Positions 36,504 through 46,147 are shown, numbered from the stretch's first letter. The stretch is 64,000 nt of DNA from Thermoanaerobaculia bacterium (GCA_038239305.1 JBBSEW010000015.1:66-64065); one strand, 5' to 3'. The notes: generated from the sequence alone by a model not told the origin. Made by a program: numbers and translations.

Positions 36504-39500
36504 ATGACGGAACCTGTGAATCGGTCGGCCATGAACGCGCGGACGGAAGCGCTCCAGGAGGCGCTGACGGAGCGCATCCTCGTGCTCGACGGGGCCACGG
36601 GAACCTGGATCCAGGGGCAGAACCTGACGGCGGCCGACTTCGGCGGAGACGAGCTCGAGGGCTGCAACGAAAACCTCGTGATCACGCGGCCTGACGTCGT
36701 GCGCGCGCTTCACGTGGCGTACTTCGAGGCGGGCGCGGACATGGTGGAGACCGATACCTTTGGCGCGACGCCACTCGTGCTCGCGGAATACGGGCTCGCG
36801 GACCAGGCGTTCGAGATCAACCGCCGCGCCGCCGAGCTCGCGCGCGAGGAGGCGGAGAAATTCTCGACGCCGGAGCGGATGCGCTTCGTCGCGGGCTCGA
36901 TGGGCCCGACGACGCGATCGGTCACGGTGACCGGAGGCGTCACGTTCGACGAGCTGATCGGTCACTACCGGGTGCAGGCGGACGGCCTCCTCGCCGGGGG
37001 AGCCGACGTTCTGCTCATCGAGACGGTGCAGGACACCCGGAATCTCAAGGCGGCGCTCATCGCGGTGCAGGACGCCTTCGCGCAGGCCGGCTGGTCCGTG
37101 CCGGTCATGGTCTCCGTCACGATCGAGCCGATGGGCACCATGCTCGCGGGCCAGGCGGTCGACGCGCTGTACGCATCCGTGATGAACGCGCCGATTCTCT
37201 CGGTCGGCCTGAACTGCGCGACCGGCCCCGAGTTCATGACGGATCACCTGCGCACGCTCTCCGGCCTCGCGAAGACGTACGTGTCCTGCTACCCGAACGC
37301 GGGCCTGCCGGACGTCGACGGCTGCTACTCGGAAACCCCCGCGATGCTCGCGGAGCGCCTCGGCCGGTTCATGGACGAGGGCTGGGTGAACGTCGTCGGC
37401 GGCTGCTGCGGGACGACGCCCGAGCACACGCGCGCGCTCTTGAAGGCGGCGGCCGGCCGCAAGCCGAGGCGCATTCCCCACGTGGCGAAGACGCTGGTGT
37501 CCGGGATCGAGGCGCTCGAGATCGACGTCGACAACCGCCCGGTCCTCGTGGGAGAGCGGACGAACGTCCTCGGCAGCCGGAAGTTCAAACGCCTGATCGC
37601 GGACGGCCAGTTCGAGGCCGCGGCGGAGATCGCGCGGGCCCAGGTCAAGAACGGCGCGCAGGTCATCGACGTGTGCCTGCAGGATCCCGACCGGGACGAG
37701 ATTGCCGACGTGAACGCGTTCCTCGAGCGCGTGACGAAGATGGTGAAGGTTCCGCTCATGATCGACTCGACGGACGCGCACGTCCTCGAGATCGGACTCA
37801 AGTGGAGCCAGGGCAAGTCGATCCTGAACTCGATCAATCTCGAGGATGGCGAGGCGCGCTTCCAGTCCGTGGTCCCGATGGCGCAGAAGTACGGCGCCGC
37901 GCTGGTCGTCGGCACGATCGACGAGGATCCCGAGACGGGGATGGGGGTGACCCGGCAGCGCAAGCTCGAGATCGCGCGCCGCAGCTTCACGCTCCTGACC
38001 GAGAAGTACGGCGTGGCGCCCGGGGACATCTTCTTCGACCCGCTCGTCTTTCCGTGCGGAACGGGCGACGAAAAGTACGTGGGGAGCGCCGTCGAGACGA
38101 TCGAGGGCATCCGCCTGATTAAGGCGGAGTTCCCGGAGACGAAGACGATCCTCGGGATCTCGAACGTCAGCTTCGGCCTGCCGGAATCGGGGCGCGAGGT
38201 TCTCAACTCCGTTTTCCTGTACCACTGCGTGAAGGCGGGCCTCGATCTCGCGATCGTCAACAGCGAAAAGATCGTGCGGTATCCGTCGATCCCGGAGGAG
38301 GAGCGCCGGCTCGCCGAAGACCTCCTCTACTCGCGCGGAGCCGACCCTCTCGGCGCGTTCGCGACCTACTTCAAGGCGAAGGGCTCGGCCCCGAAGGCGC
38401 CGGTCGTGCGCGCGGGTACGGCCCGGGAGCGCCTGCCGGGCTACATCCTGGAGGGCTCGAAGGAGGGTCTCGTCGCCGATCTCGAGGAAGTGCGCGCTTC
38501 GGGCATGACGCCGCTCGAGATCATCAACGGCCCCCTGATGGAGGGGATGAAGGAAGTCGGGCGGCTCTTCAACGCGAACGAGCTGATCGTCGCCGAGGTG
38601 CTGCAGTCGGCCGAGTCGATGAAGGCGGCGGTGAGCCACCTCGAGCAGTTCATGGAGAAGACGACGGATTCCCGCAAGGGAAAGATCCTGCTCGCGACCG
38701 TCAAGGGCGACGTGCACGACATCGGGAAGAACCTGGTCGAGATCATCCTCTCGAACAACGGGTACGAGGTCGTGAATCTCGGCATCAAGGTCCCGCCGGA
38801 GCGGATCGTGGCGGCGTGGGAGGAGCATCGACCCGACCTCATCGGGCTGTCGGGGCTCCTCGTCAAGAGCGCGCAGCAGATGGTGGCGACGGCGCAGGAC
38901 CTGACGGCGCGCGGCGTGACGTCTCCGCTTCTCGTCGGAGGCGCGGCGCTCTCCCAGAAGTTCACGGACCAGCGGATCTCGCCGGCGTACGGGGGGCTCG
39001 CCGTCTATGCCGTGGACGCGATGCGCGGGTTGGCGCTTGCGGACCGGATTCTCTCGAGCGAAGGGGAGCGGGCGTCATTGCGCGCGGAATCGGACGCGCG
39101 CCGCGCCGCGGTCGCGGCGGCTTCCGAGGAGGCCGCGGTCAGCCCGCTCTCCGCGCCGGCCGTGCGAAGCCCGGAGATCACAGTCGTCGACGCCGTCCCG
39201 GCCCCCGACCATGAGGAGCATGTCTGCGACGCGATCGATCCGGAAGCGTTGTGGCCGTTCGTGAACCCGCAGATGCTGTTCGGCAAGCACCTCGGGCTGC
39301 GCGGGAGCTTCGCGAAGCTCCAGGCGGCGGGCGATCCGCGCCTCGCGGAGCTCGAAGCCGTGATCGACGGGATCCGCCAGGCAGGATGGATCCGCGCACG
39401 CGCGACGTGGAGGTTCTTCGACGCCTCGTCGGAAGGCAATTCCGTGCGCCTCTCGAACGGCGGCCGCGAGGAGGCCGCACTGCATTTTCCGCGGCAGGTC

Positions 39501-39968
39501 GCGGGCGAGAGGTTGTCCCTCGCCGATTTCGTGCGGCCGGCGTCGGCGGGCGGCTCACCCGACTCGGTGGCGCTCCTCATCACGACGGCGGGCGAGGGTG
39601 TTCGCGCCCGCGCGGAGGATCTCAAGAACCGGGGGGAGTATCTCCTCTGCCATTCGCTGCAGGCGCTGGCGGTCGAAACCGCGGAGGCGGCCGCCGAGTG
39701 GCTCCACGCGAAGCTGCGGGCCGACTGGGGCTTCCCCGACCCTCCCGCGACGACGATGATCGACCGGTTCCAATCGCGATACCGCGGCAAGCGCTACAGC
39801 CCCGGCTACCCGGCGTGGCCCGAGCTCGCGGATCAGTCGACGGTCTTTCGCCTCCTCGCCGGCGAAAAGATCGGCGTCGAGCTGACGGAAGGCTCGATGA
39901 TGGATCCGGAAGCCTCGGTCTCCGCCCTCGTCCTGCACCACCCCCAGGCGCGCTACTACTCGGCGTAG
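36504..39968 (+). CDS. metH: cobalamin-dependent methionine synthase
   Basis: 1154 aa with the full module order: Hcy-binding (..LDGATGT..), pterin-binding, B12-binding (..GDVHDIGKN..) and AdoMet reactivation domain. Confidence 0.97.
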   Translation: MTEPVNRSAMNARTEALQEALTERILVLDGATGTWIQGQNLTAADFGGDELEGCNENLVITRPDVVRALHVAYFEAGADMVETDTFGATPLVLAEYGLADQAFEINRRAAELAREEAEKFSTPERMRFVAGSMGPTTRSVTVTGGVTFDELIGHYRVQADGLLAGGADVLLIETVQDTRNLKAALIAVQDAFAQAGWSVPVMVSVTIEPMGTMLAGQAVDALYASVMNAPILSVGLNCATGPEFMTDHLRTLSGLAKTYVSCYPNAGLPDVDGCYSETPAMLAERLGRFMDEGWVNVVGGCCGTTPEHTRALLKAAAGRKPRRIPHVAKTLVSGIEALEIDVDNRPVLVGERTNVLGSRKFKRLIADGQFEAAAEIARAQVKNGAQVIDVCLQDPDRDEIADVNAFLERVTKMVKVPLMIDSTDAHVLEIGLKWSQGKSILNSINLEDGEARFQSVVPMAQKYGAALVVGTIDEDPETGMGVTRQRKLEIARRSFTLLTEKYGVAPGDIFFDPLVFPCGTGDEKYVGSAVETIEGIRLIKAEFPETKTILGISNVSFGLPESGREVLNSVFLYHCVKAGLDLAIVNSEKIVRYPSIPEEERRLAEDLLYSRGADPLGAFATYFKAKGSAPKAPVVRAGTARERLPGYILEGSKEGLVADLEEVRASGMTPLEIINGPLMEGMKEVGRLFNANELIVAEVLQSAESMKAAVSHLEQFMEKTTDSRKGKILLATVKGDVHDIGKNLVEIILSNNGYEVVNLGIKVPPERIVAAWEEHRPDLIGLSGLLVKSAQQMVATAQDLTARGVTSPLLVGGAALSQKFTDQRISPAYGGLAVYAVDAMRGLALADRILSSEGERASLRAESDARRAAVAAASEEAAVSPLSAPAVRSPEITVVDAVPAPDHEEHVCDAIDPEALWPFVNPQMLFGKHLGLRGSFAKLQAAGDPRLAELEAVIDGIRQAGWIRARATWRFFDASSEGNSVRLSNGGREEAALHFPRQVAGERLSLADFVRPASAGGSPDSVALLITTAGEGVRARAEDLKNRGEYLLCHSLQALAVETAEAAAEWLHAKLRADWGFPDPPATTMIDRFQSRYRGKRYSPGYPAWPELADQSTVFRLLAGEKIGVELTEGSMMDPEASVSALVLHHPQARYYSA

Positions 39969-39991
39969 AGGGATCGCCGGCGAGACCTCGA

Positions 39992-40019
39992 TGTCCGCTG
40001 TTCGCTGTCCGCTGTCTGC
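39992..40019. repeat. heptamer tandem repeat (TGTCCGC) x4
   Basis: tgtccgc tgttcgc tgtccgc tgtctgc, 24 nt after the metH stop. Confidence 0.9.
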
Positions 40020-40140
40020 AGCCTCCGGCAGGCCGAGATCCTCCGACCCGTCTGATCTCTTCTGGAGTCCGGGCTGACATACGGATTCCTGACCTGGCCT
40101 CCGAGACGTCGCCGAGCGGGGAGAGGACGTCTGTCGGAGG

Positions 40141-41451
40141 TCAGCGCAGGGCTTCGAGGAGCTTGCCGGTCGAGATCGCGATCTCGGAATCCCGAAGGCT
40201 CCACAGGACGCGGGGGTCTCGGTCGAGGAGCTCGTTGAATCCGCTCGGCTGGAAATTGGCGCCGAGGAACTGCACGTAGATGGACCAGCCGACGAGCAGG
40301 CCGAAGCCCGTCCGTGCGATGCGCGAATGCTTCTCTTCCCACCAGAACGCCGCGAGGATCGTGAGGAACGGCGTGAGCTCGATGAGGAACCGGTATCCGA
40401 ACGAGTGCCCCGCCCACCACACGCTCCAGAAAGAGTAGAGAAGAATCGTCGCGGCAATCCCGGTCGTCATCGCCATGGTGAGGAGCCGGCGATCCGCCGA
40501 TCGCAGGCCTCGCGGGATTCCGGCGATGCTCAGCAGGACGTAAGGGCTGAACACGAGCAGCCCTCGCGAAGGGCTGACGAGAAGCCCGGCGATTCCTTTC
40601 CCGAAGTTTCCCGAGAAATTCGCGATCTCTGGAAACGGGATCCAGGTTCCCGTCGACAGGAGAGTCCCCAGGTAGACCTCGCTGTACCAGAGGTGCAGGG
40701 AGACCGGAACGGCCGCCGCGAAGACCAGCCACGCCCACGCGCAGCGATCCGGCCGCCGCCGGGCCGCGACAGCCGCCAGGGGAATCGCCAGGAGCAGGGT
40801 GGAAGGCCGGCTCAGGACCGCCAGCGCCAGAAGGGTCCCGGAAAGGGCGAGAGTACGGTCACTGCGCCGGCAGATCAGCCAGAGCGCCGCCGAGAGAAAG
40901 AGAACGGACGGGCCGTGCTGCCAGAGGCCGCGGCTTGCCACGGACCAGAGGCAGGTTCCGAATGCATACGCGGACGACATTCCGATGGAGGTTGCCCGAC
41001 TCATCCCGAGCTCGAGCAGAGCCAGGAAGAGAAACAGCACCGAGAGGGCCGCTACCGCGCTCGTCGTGAGGAGAGAAAGCGCGTCCCGGTGCTCGAGCAG
41101 TGGAACTCCGAGGATTCGCGCCGCGGCGTAGACCGGAACGTTGAGGAGTCCGGGGAGCAGGGGATAGCTCGATACGACCCGCGGCCCGACGCGGTGGAAC
41201 CAGTACGGGAGCGGCTCTTCCGGCCGCACGAACGGGCGGAACTCGAGAGTGCCGTGCTCGAGGATCGATATCGGCAGGAGCTCCGCCGGTTGAGTGTCTC
41301 CGCTGCCGACGTAGTGCAGCCCCGCCAGATAGACGAGGAAGGGGATCGCAAGGGCGGCCACCCGCTCGCGCAGGCGGATGCGCGGACCCGCACGAGGCGG
41401 CAACGGCGCGCTGTGACGGTCCTCCGGAAGCGGAACGGCCGATGGCTCCAT
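40141..41451 (-). CDS. polytopic membrane protein, GT-C-type glycosyltransferase-like (ArnT/PMT/DUF2029-like)
   Basis: More than 10 hydrophobic helices. First loop ..GSGDTQPAELLPISILEHG.. with acidic residues, as in GT-C enzymes. Family call is tentative. Confidence 0.65.
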   Translation of the reverse strand: MEPSAVPLPEDRHSAPLPPRAGPRIRLRERVAALAIPFLVYLAGLHYVGSGDTQPAELLPISILEHGTLEFRPFVRPEEPLPYWFHRVGPRVVSSYPLLPGLLNVPVYAAARILGVPLLEHRDALSLLTTSAVAALSVLFLFLALLELGMSRATSIGMSSAYAFGTCLWSVASRGLWQHGPSVLFLSAALWLICRRSDRTLALSGTLLALAVLSRPSTLLLAIPLAAVAARRRPDRCAWAWLVFAAAVPVSLHLWYSEVYLGTLLSTGTWIPFPEIANFSGNFGKGIAGLLVSPSRGLLVFSPYVLLSIAGIPRGLRSADRRLLTMAMTTGIAATILLYSFWSVWWAGHSFGYRFLIELTPFLTILAAFWWEEKHSRIARTGFGLLVGWSIYVQFLGANFQPSGFNELLDRDPRVLWSLRDSEIAISTGKLLEALR

Positions 41452-41591
41452 GCCCTCATCTTGCCCGCGCGGTTCCAGCCGTGACGGCCGCCGGAGCGGG
41501 GAGGAGCAAAAATACGCAACCTCGAGGCTTCGCGATGTGTTTTATGGGGAAATGAGCACGGCGACCAGTCCACCTGGAAAGACCACTTTGC

Positions 41592-41620
41592 TTGACGATT
41601 CGACGCTCCAGGAGTCTAAT
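41592..41620 (+). promoter_or_regulatory. putative sigma70-type promoter placing the TSS at or near the lrp start codon (possible leaderless mRNA)
   Basis: TTGACG (41592-41597), 17-nt spacer, TCTAAT (41615-41620). The ATG at 41627 is 7 nt downstream of the -10 element. Confidence 0.35.
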
Positions 41621-41626
41621 ACAGGC

Positions 41627-42121
41627 ATGATCGACGGAATTGACACCTCAATACTGACGGTTCTTCAGAGCAACTGTCGGACTTCCAACGCCGAGATTGC
41701 CCGCCGCGTCGACCTGGCGCCGTCGGCGGTTTTCGAGCGGATCCGCAAGTTGGAGGAGAAGGGCGTCATCCGGGGATACCGCGCGGACATCGATCCGAAG
41801 GCGCTCGACCTGGGGCAGCTCGCTTTCATCTTCATCCGCTCGAACGACCGGCCCGGGAGCGCGGGAATGGCCCAGGCTCTTGCCGCGATTCCCGAGATCC
41901 TCGAGGTCCATCACGTCGCGGGCGAGGACTGCTTTCTCGCGAAGGTCCGGGCGTGCGATGCCGAGGCCATGGGCCGGCTCCTGCGCGAACGCCTCGGGCG
42001 GATCGCGAGCATTACATCGACCCGCACCACGATCGTTCTCGAAGTCGTGAAGGAAACCTCCGCCCTTCCCCTTCCCGCGGCCGAGGGCGCGAGCGAGCCG
42101 GACGGAGCGGTTCTTGTCTGA
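41627..42121 (+). CDS. Lrp/AsnC-family transcriptional regulator
   Basis: ATG at 41627. HTH ILTVLQSNCRTSNAEIARRVDLAPSAVFERIRKLEEKGVI. RAM domain ..EVHHVAGEDCFLAKV... Confidence 0.9.
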   Translation: MIDGIDTSILTVLQSNCRTSNAEIARRVDLAPSAVFERIRKLEEKGVIRGYRADIDPKALDLGQLAFIFIRSNDRPGSAGMAQALAAIPEILEVHHVAGEDCFLAKVRACDAEAMGRLLRERLGRIASITSTRTTIVLEVVKETSALPLPAAEGASEPDGAVLV

Positions 42122-42139
42122 GCGGGTCTCATCCGCCGC

Positions 42140-42274
42140 GGCTTCGGAGCGCGTCTCGCCGGCGATGACGTCGGGGCCCGTCTCGCCGACGGTGGCATCG
42201 GAGCGCGTCTTGCCGGCGGCGACTTCGGAGCGCGCCTTGCCGGCGGCGACTTCGGAGCGGGTCTCGCCGACGCG
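42140..42274. repeat. 27-nt tandem repeat, 5 units
   Basis: ggcttcggagcgcgtctcgccggcgat / gacgtcggggcccgtctcgccgacggt / ggcatcggagcgcgtcttgccggcggc / gacttcggagcgcgccttgccggcggc / gacttcggagcgggtctcgccgacgcg. Confidence 0.95.
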
Positions 42275-43256
42275 GACCGCTCCCCTCGAGATCCCGCCGT
42301 CGCGGGCGCACCTGGTCCTGGGATTTGCGGCCGTGTACATTCTGTGGGGCTCGACGTATCTCGCGATCCGGTTCGCGGTCGAGAGCTTCCCTCCCTTCCT
42401 GATGGCGGGCACGCGGCACCTGACGGCCGGCCTGCTGCTCTTCACTTTCCTCCGGCTGCGCGGCGTCGCGGCTCCGCAGGCGCGGCACTGGCGTTCCGCC
42501 GCGATCATCGGTGCGCTCCTCCTGCTCGGAGGAAACGGCCTGGTGTCCTGGTCGGAGCTGCGCGTTCCCTCCGGCCTTGCGGCCCTGGTCGTCGCTTCCG
42601 TTCCGCTCTGGATGGCGCTCGTCCAGGGCCTTCAGAAACGGCGCCGGCCGCGGACGGCGGTACTCGCCGGGCTTTTCGTCGGGCTCGCCGGACTGGCCCT
42701 TCTCGTGATGCCCGGCAGTTTCGGCGGGGGAGCGCACGTCGATCCCGTGGGCGCGGGAGCCCTCCTCCTCGCCGCGCTCTCGTGGGTGGTGGGCTCCCTG
42801 TACGCGCGAAAAGCCGTGCTTCCCGCCTCGACGCTGCTCGCCATCGCGATCGAGATGATCGGAGGCGGAGTCCTGTTGTGGATCTTCGGGCTTCTGTTCG
42901 GAGAGGGCGCGGACTTTCATGCCTCCGCCGTCACCCTGCGCGCCGTTCTGTCGCTCGGCTATCTCATCGTCTTCGGGTCGCTCATCGGATTCTCCGCGTA
43001 CATCTGGCTCCTGAAGGTCTCGACGCCGGCGCGCGTGACCACCTATGCCTACGTGAACCCGATCGTGGCGGTCATGCTGGGATGGGCCTTCGGAGGCGAG
43101 GCGCTCACGCTGCGGATCGGCCTCGCCGCGGCCGCGATCGTCGGCGCGGTCGCGATCATCATCCGGTACGGCGGCGAGACGCCCGCGAAGCCGGCCGCGC
43201 TGGCGGTGGACGCGCCCGTGCCCGCGCCCACTGCCGGCTCGGAGCGTGCGTCATGA
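42165..43256 (+). CDS. EamA/DMT-family transporter
   Basis: 10 TM helices with two EamA halves (..VYILWGSTYLAIRF..). The only canonical in-frame starts lie inside or upstream of the 27-nt repeat (ATG 42165, TTG 42114), so the N-terminal tail is repeat-encoded. Start uncertain. Confidence 0.8.
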   Translation: MTSGPVSPTVASERVLPAATSERALPAATSERVSPTRTAPLEIPPSRAHLVLGFAAVYILWGSTYLAIRFAVESFPPFLMAGTRHLTAGLLLFTFLRLRGVAAPQARHWRSAAIIGALLLLGGNGLVSWSELRVPSGLAALVVASVPLWMALVQGLQKRRRPRTAVLAGLFVGLAGLALLVMPGSFGGGAHVDPVGAGALLLAALSWVVGSLYARKAVLPASTLLAIAIEMIGGGVLLWIFGLLFGEGADFHASAVTLRAVLSLGYLIVFGSLIGFSAYIWLLKVSTPARVTTYAYVNPIVAVMLGWAFGGEALTLRIGLAAAAIVGAVAIIIRYGGETPAKPAALAVDAPVPAPTAGSERAS

Positions 43257-43723
43257 AGACTCCCTCCGAAATCGCGGTGCTCCTCGAGCTCGTCGACGAG
43301 GCGTACGACCACAAGGCCTGGGTCGGCACGAACCTCAAGGGATCCCTGCGCGGCATTTCCCCGGAGGACGCCGCATGGCGCCCCGCCGCCGGCCGCCACA
43401 ATGCGTGGGAGCACGCCGTCCACGCGGCGTTCTGGAAATACACGGTTCGCAGGCGGCTGACCGGCGAAAAGAAACGGTCGTTCCCGCTTCCCGGAAGCAA
43501 CTACTTCTCGAGGCCCTCTCCGGGCCGGACTCTGGCCGAGGATCTCGCCCTGCTCGAGAGCGAACACGGGGCCGTTCGCGAAGTCGTGGCCTCGCTCTCG
43601 CCCGCGAGCCTCGGCCGGAGCGCGGCGGGCAGCCGTCAGAAGGTCGGGTGGATGGTGCGGGGTATTGCGATGCACGACCTTTACCACGCGGCGCAGATCC
43701 GCCTGGTACTGGCCCTGCGCTAG
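43253..43723 (+). CDS. DinB-family protein
   Basis: ATGA overlap with the EamA stop. ..AWRPAAGRHNAWEHAVHAAFW.. and ..GIAMHDLYHAAQI.. fit the DinB His pattern. Confidence 0.8.
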   Translation: MKTPSEIAVLLELVDEAYDHKAWVGTNLKGSLRGISPEDAAWRPAAGRHNAWEHAVHAAFWKYTVRRRLTGEKKRSFPLPGSNYFSRPSPGRTLAEDLALLESEHGAVREVVASLSPASLGRSAAGSRQKVGWMVRGIAMHDLYHAAQIRLVLALR

Positions 43724-43733
43724 GGGGAAGACG

Positions 43734-44411
43734 ATGACAACGGCCTCCCGATTCGTGGAGCTCTCGCATCGCATCGAGTCGGGGATGACGACGTATCCGG
43801 GACTGCCGGGCCCCGTGATCTCGGAGTATCTTTCGCGCGAGGACTCCGTCTCCCACTACGCCGCCGGCACCACGTTCTCGATCGCGCGCGTCGAGCTCGT
43901 CGGGAACACGGGGACATACGTCGATTCACCGTTCCATCGCTTTGCGGAAGCCGAGGATCTCGCGCGCCTGCCTCTCGAGCGCCTGGCGGACGTTCCGGGA
44001 ATCGTCATCGACGCCCGGTCCGCGGGGCGGGCCATCGGCCCGGATCTCCTCGCGACCGCGGGCAGCCTCGCCGGGAAGGCGGTCCTCATCCGGACGGGCT
44101 GGGATTCGCGATTCGGCACGCCGGAGTACGGCGTCGGGCATCCGTTCTTGACCCGCGCCGCCGTGGACCGGCTCGCGGAAGCCGGATGTCTTCTCGTCGG
44201 AGTCGACTCGCTGAACATCGATGACACGGCGGACCTCACCCGGCCGGCCCACACGGTTCTTCTGGCGGCGGGTATTCCCATCGTCGAGCACCTGACGAAC
44301 CTCGGTGCGATCCCGCCTGGCGCGTTCCGCTTCTTCGCCGTTCCGCCCCCCTTTGCCGGCGTCGGCAGCTTTCCGATTCGCGCCTTTGCCCTGTGCGGCG
44401 CAATGGAATAA
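43734..44411 (+). CDS. cyclase-family protein (kynurenine formamidase-like)
   Basis: ATG at 43734 after gggggaag. ..GTYVDSPFH.. , ..IRTGW.. , ..VGVDSLNIDD.. motifs. Confidence 0.85.
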   Translation: MTTASRFVELSHRIESGMTTYPGLPGPVISEYLSREDSVSHYAAGTTFSIARVELVGNTGTYVDSPFHRFAEAEDLARLPLERLADVPGIVIDARSAGRAIGPDLLATAGSLAGKAVLIRTGWDSRFGTPEYGVGHPFLTRAAVDRLAEAGCLLVGVDSLNIDDTADLTRPAHTVLLAAGIPIVEHLTNLGAIPPGAFRFFAVPPPFAGVGSFPIRAFALCGAME

Positions 44412-44469
44412 GAGGGCGCTAGAATCCCGGGAGCCCCCGGGGGCCGGAGCGCTCATGTCCCTTTCCACG

Positions 44470-44553
44470 CCTTCGCTTTGTCCTTCGCCTTGTCCTTCGC
44501 CTTGTCCTTCGCCTTCATCCTCGCCTTCGTCCTCGACTTCGCCGTCGTCATCC
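44470..44553. repeat. 12-nt tandem repeat (CCTTCGCCTTGT-like), 7 units
   Basis: ccttcgctttgt ccttcgccttgt x2 ccttcgccttca tcctcgccttcg tcctcgacttcg ccgtcgtcatcc. It ends exactly at the ATG at 44554. Confidence 0.95.
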
Positions 44554-45951
44554 ATGCGTGCGTCATCCGTCTCTTTCGTCCCTTCGCCGGACCGGGATTG
44601 GTGGCGCCGGAGCCGGGGAGCGGTTCCGGCCGTTTTTCTCGTCGTTGCGTTGATCGCCTTCGCGGCCGTGGCGCCGACGAACCCGGATGTGCGATGGACC
44701 GGTCTTTCCACCGCTCCGAAGCCTCCGCTCGAGCCGCCCCCCGACATCACGCTCCAGACTCTCGCGGACGGGCTCCCGGGCTTGACCTCGATCGTGTCCG
44801 CCGGAGACGGGCGCCTTTTCCTGACGGAACAGCTCGGCCGCATCGTCGTATGGGACGGGACGCAGATTCTGGCGGCGCCGTTTCTCGACGTGTCATCTCT
44901 CGTCTCCTGCTGCGGGGAACAGGGCCTTCTCTCCGTCGCGTTTCATCCGCAGTACGCCCGCAATGGTCTCTTCTTCGTCGACTACACGAACCAGGCGGGG
45001 AACACGGTGATCGCGCGGTACCGGGTGTCGGCGGCCGACGCCGGCGCGGCGGATCCGGCAAGCGGCGTCGTGCTGCTCACGATCACGCAGCCCTTCGCGA
45101 ACCACAACGGCGGCGAGCTCCAGTTCGGGCCTGACGGATATCTCTACATCGGCATGGGCGATGGAGGATCCGCGAACGATCCGTTCTGCAACGCGCAGAA
45201 CGACGGCTCGCTCCTCGGAAAGCTGCTGCGCATCGACGTCGACGCGAACGCCGACACGGCGCCTTTCCACGGGATTCCGGCCACGAATCCATTTCATCCC
45301 GGCGGGGGCGCGGGCGGAGGATCGCCGAGCGAGGTCTGGGCGAAGGGCCTCCGCAACCCATGGCGCTTCTCCTTCGATCGCCTCACGGGAGACCTGTGGA
45401 TCGGCGACGTCGGGCAGGATGCCCGGGAGGAGATCGACTTTCAGGCTCGCGCGAGCACGGGCGGCGAGAACTACGGCTGGAAGGTCGTCGAGGGAACGAT
45501 CTGCGGCGCCGCCGGCACGTCGGGCTGCGGGGCTTCTCCGGCTTTGCCACCGCCCCCCTGCGGGTCGACTCTCTACACGGCTCCTGTCCTCGAGTACACC
45601 CACGATTTTGGCGACTGTTCCGTGACGGGCGGATACGTCTACCGGGGAAGCGCGATGCCCGGTTTCGCCGGAGCGTATTTCTACGGCGACTTCTGCACCG
45701 GCCGCCTTCTCGTCAACGGCCGGGAGCTGACTCCCCGCGCGCCGAATCTCTCCACGTTCGGTCAGGACGCGGCGGGCGAGCTCTATCTAGGCACGGCGGG
45801 CGGTTTCTTCGCGCGGATCGTCCAGACCGGCGTGACGGTGACACCCACCGTGACTTCGACCTCGACTCCGCCGGCAGTGACGCCCGGGGTCCGGGCCGTG
45901 CCGGTCCCTCCGGCGCTGCGAGCCAGGACGCCGCGCGTGCTCGTCCGCTGA
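44554..45951 (+). CDS. PQQ-dependent sugar (glucose/sorbosone) dehydrogenase, membrane-anchored
   Basis: ..HNGGELQFGPDGYLYIGMGDGG.. , ..LLGKLLRIDVD.. , ..GLRNPWRFSFD..GDLWIGDVGQD..EEID.. An upstream in-frame ATG at 44455 would add a Pro/Ser/Cys-rich tail encoded by the 12-nt repeat. Confidence 0.85.
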   Translation: MRASSVSFVPSPDRDWWRRSRGAVPAVFLVVALIAFAAVAPTNPDVRWTGLSTAPKPPLEPPPDITLQTLADGLPGLTSIVSAGDGRLFLTEQLGRIVVWDGTQILAAPFLDVSSLVSCCGEQGLLSVAFHPQYARNGLFFVDYTNQAGNTVIARYRVSAADAGAADPASGVVLLTITQPFANHNGGELQFGPDGYLYIGMGDGGSANDPFCNAQNDGSLLGKLLRIDVDANADTAPFHGIPATNPFHPGGGAGGGSPSEVWAKGLRNPWRFSFDRLTGDLWIGDVGQDAREEIDFQARASTGGENYGWKVVEGTICGAAGTSGCGASPALPPPPCGSTLYTAPVLEYTHDFGDCSVTGGYVYRGSAMPGFAGAYFYGDFCTGRLLVNGRELTPRAPNLSTFGQDAAGELYLGTAGGFFARIVQTGVTVTPTVTSTSTPPAVTPGVRAVPVPPALRARTPRVLVR

Positions 45952-45980
45952 CCGTCCATCGGGGGGATGTGCAGCGCACA

Positions 45981-46006
45981 GCGGAAAGCGGAGCGGAAAG
46001 CGGACA
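45981..46006. repeat. short GCGGA(AA) tandem repeat, 4 units
   Basis: gcggaaa gcgga gcggaaa gcggaca. The reverse complement (tgtccgc tttccgc ..) resembles the 39992 heptamer. Confidence 0.7.
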
Positions 46007-46147
46007 GTTGTCGTCCGTGCGATCTGCCCGCCGGGCGGCGGGCGAGCGTCCAGCGCCCTCCCCATACACAGACGCGAGAAAGTCGAGCGCCGATGAAATC
46101 GTTCTCCTCTTTTCGATCAGGAGGATGCGAATTTTTTCAGCGATCGA

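Noticed and set aside
36039-38828. 929-aa ORF on the minus strand
   Set aside because: It lies entirely antisense to metH, whose identity is unambiguous. The translation is Arg/Asp/His/Leu-rich mirror-frame sequence, typical of high-GC antisense ORFs.
41648-42508. 286-aa minus-strand ORF with repeated AAGK(A/T)RSE(V/A) peptides
   Set aside because: It is antisense to the lrp and EamA genes. The peptide repeats simply mirror the 27-nt DNA repeat.
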